This document shows, one piece after another, positions 1-10,356 of a DNA stretch of 64,000 bases. Both the position numbers and the translations under genes were made by a program. Within the stretch, counting starts at the first letter, position 1. Each line of letters starts with the position of its first letter. The notes beneath the pieces are model-generated. The model was given only the letters and a program-made list of their open reading frames with translations, had not been told where the DNA came from and ran no database searches. The DNA is from an uncultured beta proteobacterium (lineage in GTDB: Bacteria; Pseudomonadota; Gammaproteobacteria; Burkholderiales; Burkholderiaceae_C), in the NCBI GenBank assembly GCA_903909815.1, contig CAIVXG010000013.1, positions 946-64,945 of the forward strand, given 5' to 3'.

Positions 1-40
1 GCGCACTCAGGGTGGAAATTCGCACGTCCGTGGTCATGGC

Positions 41-598
41 TTGAATATGCCCTATACCGTAATCCCTACAGCACTGCCTGAAGTGCTGATCCTCGAACCC
101 AAGGTGTTTGGCGATGCCCGCGGCTTCTTTTTTGAAAGCTTTAACCAGCGTGATTTCGCCCAAGCCACGGGGCTGGATGTGCAGTTTGTGCAGGACAACC
201 ACAGCCGCTCTGCCAAGGGCGTATTGAGAGGCCTGCATTACCAGATTAAGCACCCGCAGGGCAAGCTGGTGCGCGTGACTCAGGGCGAGGTGTTTGATGT
301 GGCTGTGGACCTTCGCCGCAGCTCGCCCAACTTTGGAAAATGGGTCGGCATGGTTTTGTCCGCCGACAACCATCGTCAGCTGTGGGTGCCCCCAGGCTTT
401 GCCCACGGTTTTGTGGTGACCAGCGACACGGCAGAGTGCTTGTACAAGACCACCGACTATTGGTACCCTGAACACGAGCGCAGCCTGCTGTGGAATGATC
501 CGATGGTGGCTGTGCAATGGCCGCTGGCGGCAGCCCCCCAACTGGCGGTCAAGGATGCGGCCGCGACCCGGCTGGGGGATGCGCAGGTCTTTGCCTAA
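41..598 (+). CDS. rmlC: dTDP-4-dehydrorhamnose 3,5-epimerase
   Basis: The ORF translation has MPYTVIPTALPEVLILEPKVFGDARGFFFESF and RGLHYQ, a typical RmlC cupin. ATG at 47 is a more likely start than TTG at 41. Confidence 0.9.
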   Translation: MNMPYTVIPTALPEVLILEPKVFGDARGFFFESFNQRDFAQATGLDVQFVQDNHSRSAKGVLRGLHYQIKHPQGKLVRVTQGEVFDVAVDLRRSSPNFGKWVGMVLSADNHRQLWVPPGFAHGFVVTSDTAECLYKTTDYWYPEHERSLLWNDPMVAVQWPLAAAPQLAVKDAAATRLGDAQVFA

Positions 599-1698
599 TC
601 CCTTGCAGGCGTCTGCAGTTTCGCAGGGGCCTTCAGTGTGACTGCGCTGAGGCACCAACGAAACTGGGTCAGTCGCGCGTAGATCGCTGCATAAATGAAT
701 ATGGCCACGCCCAAGCCGACTGCGAGCATCGCCGTGTTGCGTGCGAACACAACAGCCCAACCCGAGGGCAGGGCGGCGAAGAGCCAGCACAGCGGGCTGG
801 TCAATCCATTTTGCAGTGTTGGACTCATTCTGGACACGGCGGGACGCACCAGTCGCCGATGCAAGAAATGGTGCAGATGCGCCTTATCGGGTTGACCAGG
901 GTGACTGCCATCGCGCTTGCGGCGACGGTGCACTGAAAACCCCACCTCCAGCACCGGATAGGCGCACACCAGCATGGTGGCCCAGGCGTTCACCTGCGAA
1001 CTGCGCATGGGCAGAATCACCGCCACCCACGCAAGCACAAAGCCCAAAAGATAGGCGCCGCCGTCACCCAGAAACACTTTGCCATAGGGCCAGTTCACCG
1101 CGCCAAAACCGAGCACACAACTGCACACGAGGAGGCACACTGCAGCAATGTCGGGTTCGCCCACGTTGAATGCAATCAGGCCCATGGCGCCCAGCATGAC
1201 GACCAGGGAGCCGGCCGCCAGGCCATTGAAGCCGTCGATGATGTTGATGGCGTTGGCTACACCGCCCACAGCGAATGCCGTGAACAGCACCGCGATCGGG
1301 GTGAAGCTGAGTAGCCAATCCAGGGGCGGCAGCCCCGTGTCCTGCATCGCGATGCCCGTAAGGTACCAGGCCAGTAAGCCACTGGCCATGGTGGCCAGCA
1401 GGCGTGGCAGAACGCCCACCTTCTTCGTGACGTCCTCGGCCAAACCAAACGCAAACGCAGGGATTCCCGCGAGCAGCATGGGGCCGAGAATGGCGCGTAC
1501 ATCTGGCGTGGACAGAGTCCAGGCTACGATCAGGCCGACAGCGATGCCCACCCCTCCGATCCGGGGTGTTGGCGTAACATGAAATTTTTGCACACCCTCA
1601 ATGCCGTCCATGCTGAAGTGACCGTGCCAACGCTGCGTGACGACCAGAGTGACGCTGGCCAGCAGGGTGACAATAAATACACTGAGGTAGATGGGCAT
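595..1698 (-). CDS. polyprenyl-phosphate sugar-1-phosphate transferase (MraY/WecA/WbpL family)
   Basis: 367-aa polytopic membrane ORF with an NAINIIDGFNGLAAG motif characteristic of the WecA/MraY family. It is convergent with rmlC and overlaps it by 4 nt. Confidence 0.8.
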   Translation of the reverse strand: MPIYLSVFIVTLLASVTLVVTQRWHGHFSMDGIEGVQKFHVTPTPRIGGVGIAVGLIVAWTLSTPDVRAILGPMLLAGIPAFAFGLAEDVTKKVGVLPRLLATMASGLLAWYLTGIAMQDTGLPPLDWLLSFTPIAVLFTAFAVGGVANAINIIDGFNGLAAGSLVVMLGAMGLIAFNVGEPDIAAVCLLVCSCVLGFGAVNWPYGKVFLGDGGAYLLGFVLAWVAVILPMRSSQVNAWATMLVCAYPVLEVGFSVHRRRKRDGSHPGQPDKAHLHHFLHRRLVRPAVSRMSPTLQNGLTSPLCWLFAALPSGWAVVFARNTAMLAVGLGVAIFIYAAIYARLTQFRWCLSAVTLKAPAKLQTPARD

Positions 1699-1818
1699 GA
1701 ATGGAGCGCGGACAAGCTAGGCCACAGCAGATGGCGGGTAGGGCGGCGAGGGCTTCGTTCTTACAATCATAGTCGACTGACATCGGTAACTCCCTGACGC
1801 GCGCTGCCTGGTTCAAAG

Positions 1819-4719
1819 CTACCCGCACTGCCCCACGTACCCGCAAGCGGTGCAGAAGTCGCAGCCGTCCTTGTGGATCACGGTGGGGTTGCCGCATTCA
1901 GGGCAGATTTTTCCGGCCATGGTGGTGACGGTGGCCTTGCCTTTGGGGGCGTCGAGTACGCCCATTTCGCGCAGCGGGAAGCCCTCTTCGTCCAGCACGC
2001 CCAGCATGGCGTAGCGGTGGATGATGAGGCGCGCCAGATAGGCCACGGTGGAGGGCCAGGTTTGCTGGCGACGCTCGTTGTGCGGCAGACCGGGTACGAA
2101 GGCCATGAAGTGGCCCAGCGGCTCGGCGTAGTTGAGCAGCTTGCGCAACTTCATGCCGATCCACGCCGGATCAATGACGCGCATGTCCAGCGACAGGATG
2201 CGCGCCAGACCGTCCAGCGCGCGCGGGTAGTTGCCGGAAAAACCGACCGCGCAGGGCCGTGTGACGATGCTGCCGTCGGGTCCGGGCAGGGTCACTTCCT
2301 TGAGCGTGAGTGTGAAGGCTTCGCCGGTGGCGGGGTTGTCCACGTCCACCGACCAGGCGAGCGTGCCCGACGGCCCGGTGTGCGGCTCACCCCGGCTGAA
2401 CATGGCGTCTATCACCGGCGTAGGCACGGCCTTGGTTTGCTGAGCGGGCAGGGCCTTGAGTTGTTCGCAGCGCCAGCGGATCACGGCGGCCGTGGCGGCC
2501 ACGACGCCGGGGAACAGGCGGCGCTCGCCGTGCGGTGGGAACGGCATCTCGAACGAATGTTCTTCGGCCACGGTGGCCAGCACGTCCAGCTTGAGCTGCA
2601 ACCAGGCCGGGTCGTTGGCGCGCAAGTCCATGGACAGGGTCTTGGACAATGCACCCAGGCCTCGGGGTTGATCGGTGCCGTTGACCCAGACTTCAAAGGG
2701 CTGCGGGCTGCCGCCTTCTTCGCGCGCCAGTTCGCCCACGAACAGCGCAAAGTCGCCAAAGGGGTGGTGCACCATGAAGGTCCAGGCCGGGTTGCCCGAG
2801 GGCAGTTCGGGGCGGCTGGGCCAGCGCAGCGACGACAACACGGGCGCGGGCAATTGCTCCAGCGCCATGCGCCGATTCGCGCCGTCGATCTGCAGCGGCG
2901 CTGCGGCGGCCGTCGCAGCGGGCGTAACGCTCAACACCGAGCCCAAAATGGAATTCGGCCGGTAGGTGGCCAGGCCTTTGAGGCCGTCCTGCCAGGCCTG
3001 CATGTACAGGTCCTGGAAGTCTTCATAGGGGTAGTCCACCGGCACGTTCACGGTCTTGGAAATGGCGGTGTCAATGTAGGGTGCAACCACCGCCACCATG
3101 GCGGCATGCGCCTGCGCGCTCATCTCCAGCGCCGAAACGAAGGCCTCGGTCAGTGGCGTGTCCTTGCCCTTGAGGTGGCGGTACAGGCGCCAGGCGTGGT
3201 CTTCCACCGCGTATTCCTTGAAGCTGCCGTCGGGCATGCGTTTCTTGCGGCTGTAGCTCCAGCTGAAGGCGGGCTCGATGCCATTGCTGGCGTTGTCGGC
3301 AAAGGCCAGGCTGATGGTGCCGGTGGGCGCAATCGACAGCAGGTGCGAGTTGCGCAGACCGTGGGCGCGGATCTTGTCTTTCAGCGGCTGCGGCAGGCGC
3401 GAGGCGAAGGTGCTGCCGCTCAGGTACAGGTCGGCGTTGAACAGCGGAAACGCGCCGCGCTCTTTTGCCAGTTCCACCGAGGCCTCGTAAGACGCGTCGC
3501 GCATGACTTCGGAAATGCGTTGCGCGGCGGCGCGAGCTTGGGCCGTGTCGTAGCGCAAATTGAGCATCACCAGCGCGTCGCCCAGACCGGTGAAGCCCAG
3601 GCCGACGCGGCGCTTGCTGCGCGCTTCTTCCTGCTGCTGGGGCAGCGGCCAGACGGTGACGTCCAGCACGTTGTCCAGCATGCGCGTGGCCACCTTGGCC
3701 ACCTTGATGAAACCCGCTTCGTCAAAGCGTGCATCTTCGGCAAAGGGGTTTTGCACGAAGCGCGTCAGATTGATGGAGCCCAGGCAGCAGCAGCCATAGG
3801 GCGGCAAGGGCTGCTCGGCACAAGGGTTGGTGCTGGCGATGGTTTCGCAGTACGAGAGGTTGTTGTCCTTGTTGATATGGTCCAGGAACAGCACGCCAGG
3901 CTCGGCGTGGCTGTAGGTGGAGCGCATCACCTGATCCCACAGGTCGCGCGCGCGCAGCTTGCGGTAGACCCAGATGCCGCTGTCGTCGGTGTGCTGGTAG
4001 GCGCCAGCATTTTTTTGTGCCGTACCGGGTTCTGCGCGGTGCACCAGTTCCACTTCGCCATCGGCCTGTACGGCCTTCATGAAGGTGTCGGTCACGCCCA
4101 CCGAGATGTTGAAATTCTTCAGGTCGCCCTTGTCCTTGGCGTGGATGAACTCCTCGATGTCCGGATGGTCGCAGCGCAGCACGCCCATCTGGGCGCCGCG
4201 GCGTGCGCCGGCGGATTCCACGGTCTCGCAGGAGCGGTCAAACACGCGCATGTAGCTCACCGGACCGGAGGCGCTGCTTTGCGTGCTTCCGACCCAGGCG
4301 CCGCGCGGGCGGATGCGCGAAAAGTCGTAGCCCACGCCGCCGCCGCGGCGCATGGTTTCGGCCGCTTCGGTCAGCGCCGTGTAGATGCCGGGGTAGCCGT
4401 CTTCAATCTGCGCAATCGAGTCGCCCACGGGCTGCACAAAGCAGTTGATGAGCGTGGCCGAGAGGGCCGTACCCGCAGCCGACTGGATGCGTCCCGCCGG
4501 TACGAAGCCTTCGGCCAGCGCCTGGGCAAAACGCTGCTCCCACAGGGCGCGTTGTTCCGGCAGTTCGGCTTGGGCCAGGGCGCGCGCGACGCGCTGGTTC
4601 ACCTCTTCGATTGTGGTCTCGTCTCCCTTGCTGTATTTCTCGATCAGCACCTCGGCGCTGATGGGTTGGGCTGTGAGGTTGGAGAGGGTATTGTTTTGTT
4701 CTGGAATGGTGTTTTGCAC
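1819..4719 (-). CDS. nrdJ: adenosylcobalamin-dependent (class II) ribonucleotide reductase
   Basis: 966-aa ORF with RNR class II signatures ([21 protein letters not shown] active-site region). The C-terminal tail is Cys-rich: [31 protein letters not shown] start at 4719 is preceded by GGAGG at 4726-4730. Confidence 0.9.
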   Translation of the reverse strand: MQNTIPEQNNTLSNLTAQPISAEVLIEKYSKGDETTIEEVNQRVARALAQAELPEQRALWEQRFAQALAEGFVPAGRIQSAAGTALSATLINCFVQPVGDSIAQIEDGYPGIYTALTEAAETMRRGGGVGYDFSRIRPRGAWVGSTQSSASGPVSYMRVFDRSCETVESAGARRGAQMGVLRCDHPDIEEFIHAKDKGDLKNFNISVGVTDTFMKAVQADGEVELVHRAEPGTAQKNAGAYQHTDDSGIWVYRKLRARDLWDQVMRSTYSHAEPGVLFLDHINKDNNLSYCETIASTNPCAEQPLPPYGCCCLGSINLTRFVQNPFAEDARFDEAGFIKVAKVATRMLDNVLDVTVWPLPQQQEEARSKRRVGLGFTGLGDALVMLNLRYDTAQARAAAQRISEVMRDASYEASVELAKERGAFPLFNADLYLSGSTFASRLPQPLKDKIRAHGLRNSHLLSIAPTGTISLAFADNASNGIEPAFSWSYSRKKRMPDGSFKEYAVEDHAWRLYRHLKGKDTPLTEAFVSALEMSAQAHAAMVAVVAPYIDTAISKTVNVPVDYPYEDFQDLYMQAWQDGLKGLATYRPNSILGSVLSVTPAATAAAAPLQIDGANRRMALEQLPAPVLSSLRWPSRPELPSGNPAWTFMVHHPFGDFALFVGELAREEGGSPQPFEVWVNGTDQPRGLGALSKTLSMDLRANDPAWLQLKLDVLATVAEEHSFEMPFPPHGERRLFPGVVAATAAVIRWRCEQLKALPAQQTKAVPTPVIDAMFSRGEPHTGPSGTLAWSVDVDNPATGEAFTLTLKEVTLPGPDGSIVTRPCAVGFSGNYPRALDGLARILSLDMRVIDPAWIGMKLRKLLNYAEPLGHFMAFVPGLPHNERRQQTWPSTVAYLARLIIHRYAMLGVLDEEGFPLREMGVLDAPKGKATVTTMAGKICPECGNPTVIHKDGCDFCTACGYVGQCG

Positions 4720-4992
4720 GTGAGCCTCCGGGAGAATGCGACGATGTTAGAGGCTCTTTGGGCTTGTGAGGCGGCCCAAAATAAAAAAATAAATATTCTT
4801 TGCCGTGCGTCAGAACAACGCATGTTCACATGACGAAATGGATGCCATTTTGAGCAGACTGTGGAGCTGATTTAGGGTTAACCCGGCTTGTCATCCGCTT
4901 GCACCTTGACTACCCGTTTCCCAACCCCCGGAGCTGGAGTCCAAGCTTATTGATCTTTCCAGAATTCAAGACATCGATCTGGCAAAGATTCG

Positions 4993-5033
4993 GTCATTGC
5001 GACTGCCGCGTCGCTGGAGCTCCTCGAAATGAC
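4993..5033. repeat. solitary copy of the GTCATTGCGA...AATGAC palindromic (REP-like) element
   Basis: gtcattgcgactgccgcgtcgctggagctcctcgaaatgac. Its reverse complement resembles the GTCATTGCGAGGAGC..AGCGACGCGGCA units seen at 9101-9408, 11434-11676 and 18161-18208. Confidence 0.5.
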
Positions 5034-5157
5034 GGAAGTGGCTGTCACGGATTCTGGAACTCTCAATGGCTGCGCCAGCCCATTGCGTGTAAGTGCCAGG
5101 CAATCTGACGCAGCGACACTTGCGCCTGCATTCATTTCAAACCCCAAGGAGAACCCC

Positions 5158-6345
5158 ATGGCCCGTGAAGTTGTTGTCGTCAGCGGTGTGCGCACCCCCA
5201 TAGGTACTTTCGGCGGCAGCCTGAAGGACATTGCCCCGACCGAGCTGGCGGCCCAGGTGGTGCGCGAGTCGCTCAAACGCGCCAGCGTCGATGGCGCAGA
5301 GGTTGGGCACGTGGTGTTTGGCCACGTGGTCAACACCGAGCCCAAGGATATGTACCTGTCGCGCGTGGCTGCGATCAACGCCGGCTGCGCCGAGGGTACG
5401 CCCGCCTTCAATGTGAACCGTCTGTGCGGCTCGGGCCTGCAGGCGATTGTGTCGGCAAGCCAGTCGATTCTGCTGGGTGACTGTGACATCGCCGTGGGTG
5501 GTGGCGCGGAGAACATGAGCCGTGCGCCCTACGCCAGCCTGAACATGCGCTGGGGCGCTCGCATGGGCGACACCAAGATGGTGGACATGGTGGTGGGCGC
5601 GCTGCACGATCCCTTTCACACCATCCACATGGGTGTGACGGCCGAGAACATCGCGGCCAAATGGGGCATCACGCGCGAAGACCAGGACCAGTTGGCCGTG
5701 CAAAGCCACAACCGCGCCGAGCGCGCCATCACGGCGGGCTACTTCAAATCGCAGATTCTGCCGATCCTGCTCAAGAGCAAAAAGGGCGACGTGTCGTATG
5801 AGACCGACGAGCATTTCCGTCCCAACTGCACGCTGGCCGATATGGCCAAACTCAGGCCCGCGTTCCTGAAGGAAAACGGCACGGTCACGGCGGGCAATGC
5901 CTCCGGCATCAACGACGCCGCGGCGGCCGTGGTGCTGATGGAAGCCGGCGTGGCCAAGGCGCGCGGGTTGCAACCGCTGGCGCGGCTGGTGGCCTACGCC
6001 CACGCTGGCGTGGACCCGAAATACATGGGCATCGGTCCGGTCCCGGCGACCAAATTGGCGCTGCAAAAAGCGGGTCTCACGGTGGCCGATCTGGACGTGA
6101 TCGAAGCCAATGAGGCGTTCGCAGCCCAGGCCTGTGCCGTGACGCGCGACCTGGGTCTGGACCCGGCCAAGGTCAACCCCAATGGCTCGGGCATTTCGCT
6201 GGGGCACCCCATCGGCGCCACCGGCGCACTGATCACGGTCAAGGCGCTGTACGAGCTGGAGCGCATCGGCGGCCGCTACGCCCTGGTCACGATGTGCATC
6301 GGTGGCGGCCAGGGTATTGCCGCCATCTTCGAACGCATGGCATAA
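5158..6345 (+). CDS. acetyl-CoA C-acetyltransferase (thiolase II)
   Basis: MAREVVVVSGVRTPIGTFGGSLKD, NRLCGSGLQA (active-site Cys) and a C-terminal CIGGGQGIA motif. ATG at 5158 follows an AAGGAGA RBS. The track start at 5029 is an upstream extension. Confidence 0.9.
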   Translation: MAREVVVVSGVRTPIGTFGGSLKDIAPTELAAQVVRESLKRASVDGAEVGHVVFGHVVNTEPKDMYLSRVAAINAGCAEGTPAFNVNRLCGSGLQAIVSASQSILLGDCDIAVGGGAENMSRAPYASLNMRWGARMGDTKMVDMVVGALHDPFHTIHMGVTAENIAAKWGITREDQDQLAVQSHNRAERAITAGYFKSQILPILLKSKKGDVSYETDEHFRPNCTLADMAKLRPAFLKENGTVTAGNASGINDAAAAVVLMEAGVAKARGLQPLARLVAYAHAGVDPKYMGIGPVPATKLALQKAGLTVADLDVIEANEAFAAQACAVTRDLGLDPAKVNPNGSGISLGHPIGATGALITVKALYELERIGGRYALVTMCIGGGQGIAAIFERMA

Positions 6346-6381
6346 ACCCGCGGCGCGCCTCGCGCAGGCGCGGCGTTGGAC

Positions 6382-9066
6382 TCAGGCGCTCAGCGCCTCG
6401 AGCAGCTCGGTTTCGATCTCGATCTGTTCGCGGTTGTGTTGCAGCGCGGCGCCGTCGATCAGGAAGCTGTCTTCCACCCGCTCGCCCAGCGTGCTGATCT
6501 TGGCCAGTTGCAGGTTGACGTGGTGCGCGGCGAGCACGCGCGCCACGCTGTAGAGCAGGCCCACGCGATCGCTGGCCGAGATGTTGAGCAGCCAGCGCTG
6601 GGCTTTTTCATCCGGGCGCAAATCCACTCGCGGTGCGACCGGGAAGCTTTTGACGCGGCGCGACACCCGACCCCGGCGCGGCGTAGGCAGCGCTCCCTGG
6701 TGTTCAATGGTTTGCGTCAGTCCGGTCTCCATCATGTTGATGAGGTCGCGGTAGCTCTCGGGCTCATCGGCCGTGACCACCTGAAACGTGTCCAGCGCAT
6801 AGCCGTTCTTGGCGGTGTAAATCTTGGCGTCCAGAATGCTGAATCCGGCCTGATCGAAGTAGCCGCAGATGCGGGCAAAAAGATCGGGCTGATCCGGCGT
6901 ATACACCAGCACCTGCAGGCCTTCGCCCACGGGCGACTGGCGCGCGCGCACGGTGGCGTTCAGGCGCTGCTGGGTGCGAGCCTCAACCGCAGGTGCGTCG
7001 GGCGTGCGATTCGTGTCACTGCCGCGGTTGGCGCGGCGCGTGAGCTGGCGCGTGTGCCAGGCAATGTCGGCGGCGTCGTGGCGCATGAAATAGCCCACGT
7101 CCAGCGTTTCCCACAGCGGCTTGTGCGCTTCAAAGGGCAGGGCGTGCAGCGCCAAAATCGACAGGGCCTCGCGCTTGCAGGCTTCGATTTCGGCACCCGG
7201 GTCGGGCGCGCGTCCGCCCAGGCTGCGCAGCGTGAGACGGTACAGGTCTTCCAGCAGCTTGCCTTTCCATGCGTTCCAAACCTTGGGCGAGGTGCCGCGG
7301 ATGTCGGCCACCGTGATCAGATACAGGGCTGTGAGGTTGCGCTCATTGCCCACCCTGCGGGCGAAGGCGGCGATCACGTCCGGGTCGCTCAGGTCCTCCT
7401 TTTGGGCGATGCGGCTCATGCTGAGGTGTTCGCGCACCAGCAGCTCGATCAGTTTCACGTCGTCCCCGGCCACGCCGTGCGCGCGGCAAAAGCGCCGCAC
7501 TTCGACCACGCCCAGTTCTGAGTGATCGCCGCCGCGCCCCTTGGCGATGTCGTGAAACAGCGCGGCCGTGTACAGCAGCCAGGGTTTGTCCCAGCCGGCG
7601 GCGAGCTGCGAACAAAACGGGTATTCGTGCGCGTGCTCGGCCATGAAGAAGCGTCGCACATTGCGCAGCACCATCAGGATGTGCTGGTCTACGGTGTACA
7701 CATGGAACAGGTCGTGCTGCATCTGCCCAACGATCTTGCGAAACACCCACAGGTAGCGCCCCAGCACCGAGGTCTGGTTCATGAGGCGCATGGCATGGGT
7801 GATGCCGTCGTGCTGCTGCAGGATGGCGAGGAAGGTGGCGCGGTTCACCGGGTCGCGCCGGTAGGCCGCGGTCATGACGCTGCGCGCGTTGAACAGGGCG
7901 CGCAGCGTGCGCGCCGACAAGCCCTTGATGCCCACCGTGGTCTGGTATAGCAAAAAGGTTTCGAGGATGGCGTGCGGCTGGCGCAGATAGAGGTCGTCGC
8001 TGGTAACTTCCAGCATTCCGGCCTTGTCGGCAAAGCGCTCGTTGATCGGGCGTGGCGCATGCGTGCTCGGGTTCAGCCGCTCCTCGATGTTGAGCAGCAA
8101 GATCTGATTGAGCTGCGTCACCGCCTTGGCCGCCCAGTAGTAGCGCCGCATCAACAACTCGCTGGCGCGCAGCGGTGCACGGTAGCGCTCGGACACGGTG
8201 CGTGCGCCGTCACTGGTCTGTGTGACGTAGCCAAAGCTGTTGGCTACGACCGTCTGCAGGTCGAACACCAGCCGGTCTTCGCGCCGCTTGGCCAGCAGGT
8301 GCAGCCGGGTGCGGATCAGGTTCAGCAGCGCTTCGTTGCGCTTGATCTGGCGTACTTCAAAGGGTGTGGCCAGCCCGTTGCGGGCCAACGCATCCCAGGT
8401 CTGCCCCAGGCCTGCCGCCTTGGCCACCCACAGGATGACCTGCAGGTCGCGCAGACCGCCGGGCGACTCCTTGCAGTTGGGCTCGAGCGCATAGGGCGTG
8501 TTTTCCTGGCGGTTATGGCGCTGGCGCAGCTCCAGCGTCTTCGCCACGAAGAAGGCCTGAGGATCGAGCGCCGCAGAAAACAGCTTTTGGAACTGCTCGT
8601 ACAGGGCGGCGTTGCCGGTGATGAGGCGCGACTCGAGCAGCGACGTCTGCACCGTGACGTCGTTTTCGCTCTCGCTCAGGCACTGGTCCAGGTCGCGCAC
8701 GCTGGAGCCGATCTCCAGGCCGGCGTCCCAGCAGCTGCCAATCAAGCCTTCGATGCGGGCCTTCAGCGCCGGGTCGGTGTCAGGCGACACGCCCGCAGGC
8801 AGCAGCACCAGCACGTCGATATCGGAGTAGGGGAAGAGCTCGCCGCGACCGTAGCCGCCCACGGCCAGCAGCGCGAGGCTGGCGCCACAGGAACGGTCCA
8901 GTCCGGCCTGACACCACAGCGTGTTCAGGGTGGCGTCGGTCAGTTGCGCCAGTTGCCGCAGGCTCGAGCGCACGCAGCGGGTGGAGGCCGCACTGTCCTG
9001 AACGGCTTGCAGCAAGGCTGTCTTTTGCGCGCGGTATTGCTCGCGCAGGGAGGGCGATGGGTTCAC
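6382..9066 (-). CDS. glnD: [protein-PII] uridylyltransferase/uridylyl-removing enzyme
   Basis: 894 aa. N-terminal nucleotidyltransferase ([19 protein letters not shown]), an HD domain ([14 protein letters not shown]) and two C-terminal ACT-like regions. Confidence 0.9.
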   Translation of the reverse strand: MNPSPSLREQYRAQKTALLQAVQDSAASTRCVRSSLRQLAQLTDATLNTLWCQAGLDRSCGASLALLAVGGYGRGELFPYSDIDVLVLLPAGVSPDTDPALKARIEGLIGSCWDAGLEIGSSVRDLDQCLSESENDVTVQTSLLESRLITGNAALYEQFQKLFSAALDPQAFFVAKTLELRQRHNRQENTPYALEPNCKESPGGLRDLQVILWVAKAAGLGQTWDALARNGLATPFEVRQIKRNEALLNLIRTRLHLLAKRREDRLVFDLQTVVANSFGYVTQTSDGARTVSERYRAPLRASELLMRRYYWAAKAVTQLNQILLLNIEERLNPSTHAPRPINERFADKAGMLEVTSDDLYLRQPHAILETFLLYQTTVGIKGLSARTLRALFNARSVMTAAYRRDPVNRATFLAILQQHDGITHAMRLMNQTSVLGRYLWVFRKIVGQMQHDLFHVYTVDQHILMVLRNVRRFFMAEHAHEYPFCSQLAAGWDKPWLLYTAALFHDIAKGRGGDHSELGVVEVRRFCRAHGVAGDDVKLIELLVREHLSMSRIAQKEDLSDPDVIAAFARRVGNERNLTALYLITVADIRGTSPKVWNAWKGKLLEDLYRLTLRSLGGRAPDPGAEIEACKREALSILALHALPFEAHKPLWETLDVGYFMRHDAADIAWHTRQLTRRANRGSDTNRTPDAPAVEARTQQRLNATVRARQSPVGEGLQVLVYTPDQPDLFARICGYFDQAGFSILDAKIYTAKNGYALDTFQVVTADEPESYRDLINMMETGLTQTIEHQGALPTPRRGRVSRRVKSFPVAPRVDLRPDEKAQRWLLNISASDRVGLLYSVARVLAAHHVNLQLAKISTLGERVEDSFLIDGAALQHNREQIEIETELLEALSA

Positions 9067-9100
9067 GTTGAAATTCGTCGTGATGGAGGGCTGCGCTCGC

Positions 9101-9150
9101 CGTCATTGCGATTGCCGCGCTCCTCGCGTTGGCAGCAGCGCGGCAATCCA
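9101..9150. repeat. REP-like hairpin (11-bp perfect inverted repeat ATTGCCGCGCT / AGCGCGGCAAT)
   Basis: gtcattgcgATTGCCGCGCTcctcgcgttggcagcAGCGCGGCAATccatgg, immediately upstream of the glnD start. Confidence 0.55.
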
Positions 9151-9168
9151 TGGTGGAGATCCGTAAAA

Positions 9169-9408
9169 GTCATGGATTGCCACGGCCTACGGCCTCGCAA
9201 TGACGAAGGCCCTGTCATGGATTGCCGCGGCCTACGGGCTTGCAATGACGTAGGCACTGTCATGGATTGCCGCGGCCTACGGCCTCGCAATGACGAAGGT
9301 CCGGTCATGGATTGCCACGGCCTACGGGCTCGCAATGACGAAGGCCCCGTCATGGATTGCCACGGCCTACGGGCTTGCAATGACGAAGGTACAGTCATGG
9401 ATTGCGGC
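9169..9408. repeat. 45-bp tandem repeat array, 5 full copies plus a partial one
   Basis: Units start at 9169, 9214, 9259, 9304, 9349 and 9394 (partial). Unit sequence: gtcatggattgccRcggcctacggSctYgcaatgacgWaggNNNN. Each unit is an imperfect palindrome (GGATTGCC..GCAATGAC). There are no spacers. Confidence 0.85.
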
Positions 9409-9412
9409 TGCG

Positions 9413-10219
9413 TCAGGGGGCGGTGACGAAAGCGGGTGGTTTCGGGCAGCCTTCGGACAGCGTCAGCACCTCGTATCCGGTGGGCGTGACCAGGATCGTG
9501 TGCTCCCACTGTGCCGACAGCGAATGGTCCTTGGTGACGATGGTCCAGCCGTCTCCCAGCTCCTTGATCTCCTTGCGCCCGGCGTTGAGCATGGGCTCGA
9601 TCGTGATCGTCATGCCTTCCTTGAGCTCGTCCAGCGTGCCTGGCTTGCCGTAGTGCAGCACCTGCGGCTCTTCGTGAAATTTCTGGCCGATGCCATGGCC
9701 GCAGAACTCGCGCACCACGCTCAGGCCGTGGCCTTCGGCAAACTTCTGGATCGCGTGTCCGATGTCACCCAGATGCGCGCCCGGTTTGACCTGCAGGATG
9801 CCGTGCCATAGCGCCTCATAGGTCAGGGCGCACAGGCGCTTGGCCGCAATCGAGGCCTCGCCCACGAGGTACATGCGGCTCGAGTCGCCATGCCAGCCGT
9901 CCTTGATGACGGTGACGTCCACGTTCAGGATGTCGCCCTTTTTCAGCGGCTTGTCGTTGGGTATGCCGTGGCAGACCTGGTGGTTGATCGAGGTGCAGAT
10001 CGACTTCGGATAGGGGTTACGCCCGGACGGGTCGTAGTTCAGCGGCGCCGAGATCGCGTGCAACACCTGAGTGGTGTAGTCCTCGGCCAGTCGGTCCAGT
10101 TCGTTGGTCGTGACGCCCGGCTTCACGAACGGCGCCAGATAGTCCAGCACCTGTGCCGTCAATTGGCCCGCGATGCGCATGCCGTTGATTCCGGCCTCGT
10201 CTTTGATGGTGATGGTCAT
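9413..10219 (-). CDS. map: type I methionine aminopeptidase
   Basis: 268 aa. [20 protein letters not shown], with metal-ligand context ([26 protein letters not shown]-like TITIEPM). Confidence 0.9.
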   Translation of the reverse strand: MTITIKDEAGINGMRIAGQLTAQVLDYLAPFVKPGVTTNELDRLAEDYTTQVLHAISAPLNYDPSGRNPYPKSICTSINHQVCHGIPNDKPLKKGDILNVDVTVIKDGWHGDSSRMYLVGEASIAAKRLCALTYEALWHGILQVKPGAHLGDIGHAIQKFAEGHGLSVVREFCGHGIGQKFHEEPQVLHYGKPGTLDELKEGMTITIEPMLNAGRKEIKELGDGWTIVTKDHSLSAQWEHTILVTPTGYEVLTLSEGCPKPPAFVTAP

Positions 10220-10356
10220 GGGGCGTGATTATCCCCGAGGCGGTGTGGGTGCGCCGCACGGGTGGATTCAACCCCACAGCTAAAATCCAACTCTCACGCG
10301 CGTCGCGCGAGATTCCTGCGAATCCGCCTCCTTCCCCCTTCATTGAGCTCACCACC

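Noticed and set aside
1-42. Possible 3' end of an upstream rmlA-like gene (frame 3 ends at TGA 40-42)
   Set aside because: Only 13 codons are visible, which is too little to recognise.
1873-4833. 986-aa ORF on the plus strand opposite nrdJ
   Set aside because: It is exactly antisense to a gene with clear RNR motifs. The translation is Arg/Gly/Ala/His-rich low complexity with no recognisable domain. This is a typical high-GC antisense open frame.
4720-4992. Riboswitch or NrdR box in the nrdJ upstream region (an A/T-rich tract is at about 4779-4800)
   Set aside because: I could not find B12-box or GCCACTG-type elements, or a pair of NrdR-like 16-bp palindromes, by eye. I cannot support any call without a motif scan.
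9169-9408. Possible CRISPR array
   Set aside because: The repeats are directly contiguous with no unique spacers, the units are palindromic REP-like, and no cas genes are present.
7972-9509. ORFs 7972..9426(+) and 9063..9509(-) with periodic PVMDCHGLR(A/P)RNDEG peptide repeats
   Set aside because: The periodicity comes from the 45-bp (15-codon) DNA tandem repeat being open in several frames. The rest of each ORF is antisense to glnD or map. There is no RBS or plausible start.
10225-10356. Upstream extensions at track starts: purL at 10225, thiolase at 5029, glnB at 25243, ilvH at 31076, pssA at 33237, oxlT at 48846, oxc at 50998
   Set aside because: Each extension lacks homology-like sequence, collides with a neighbouring gene or promoter, or has a better RBS-preceded internal start matching the family N-terminus.
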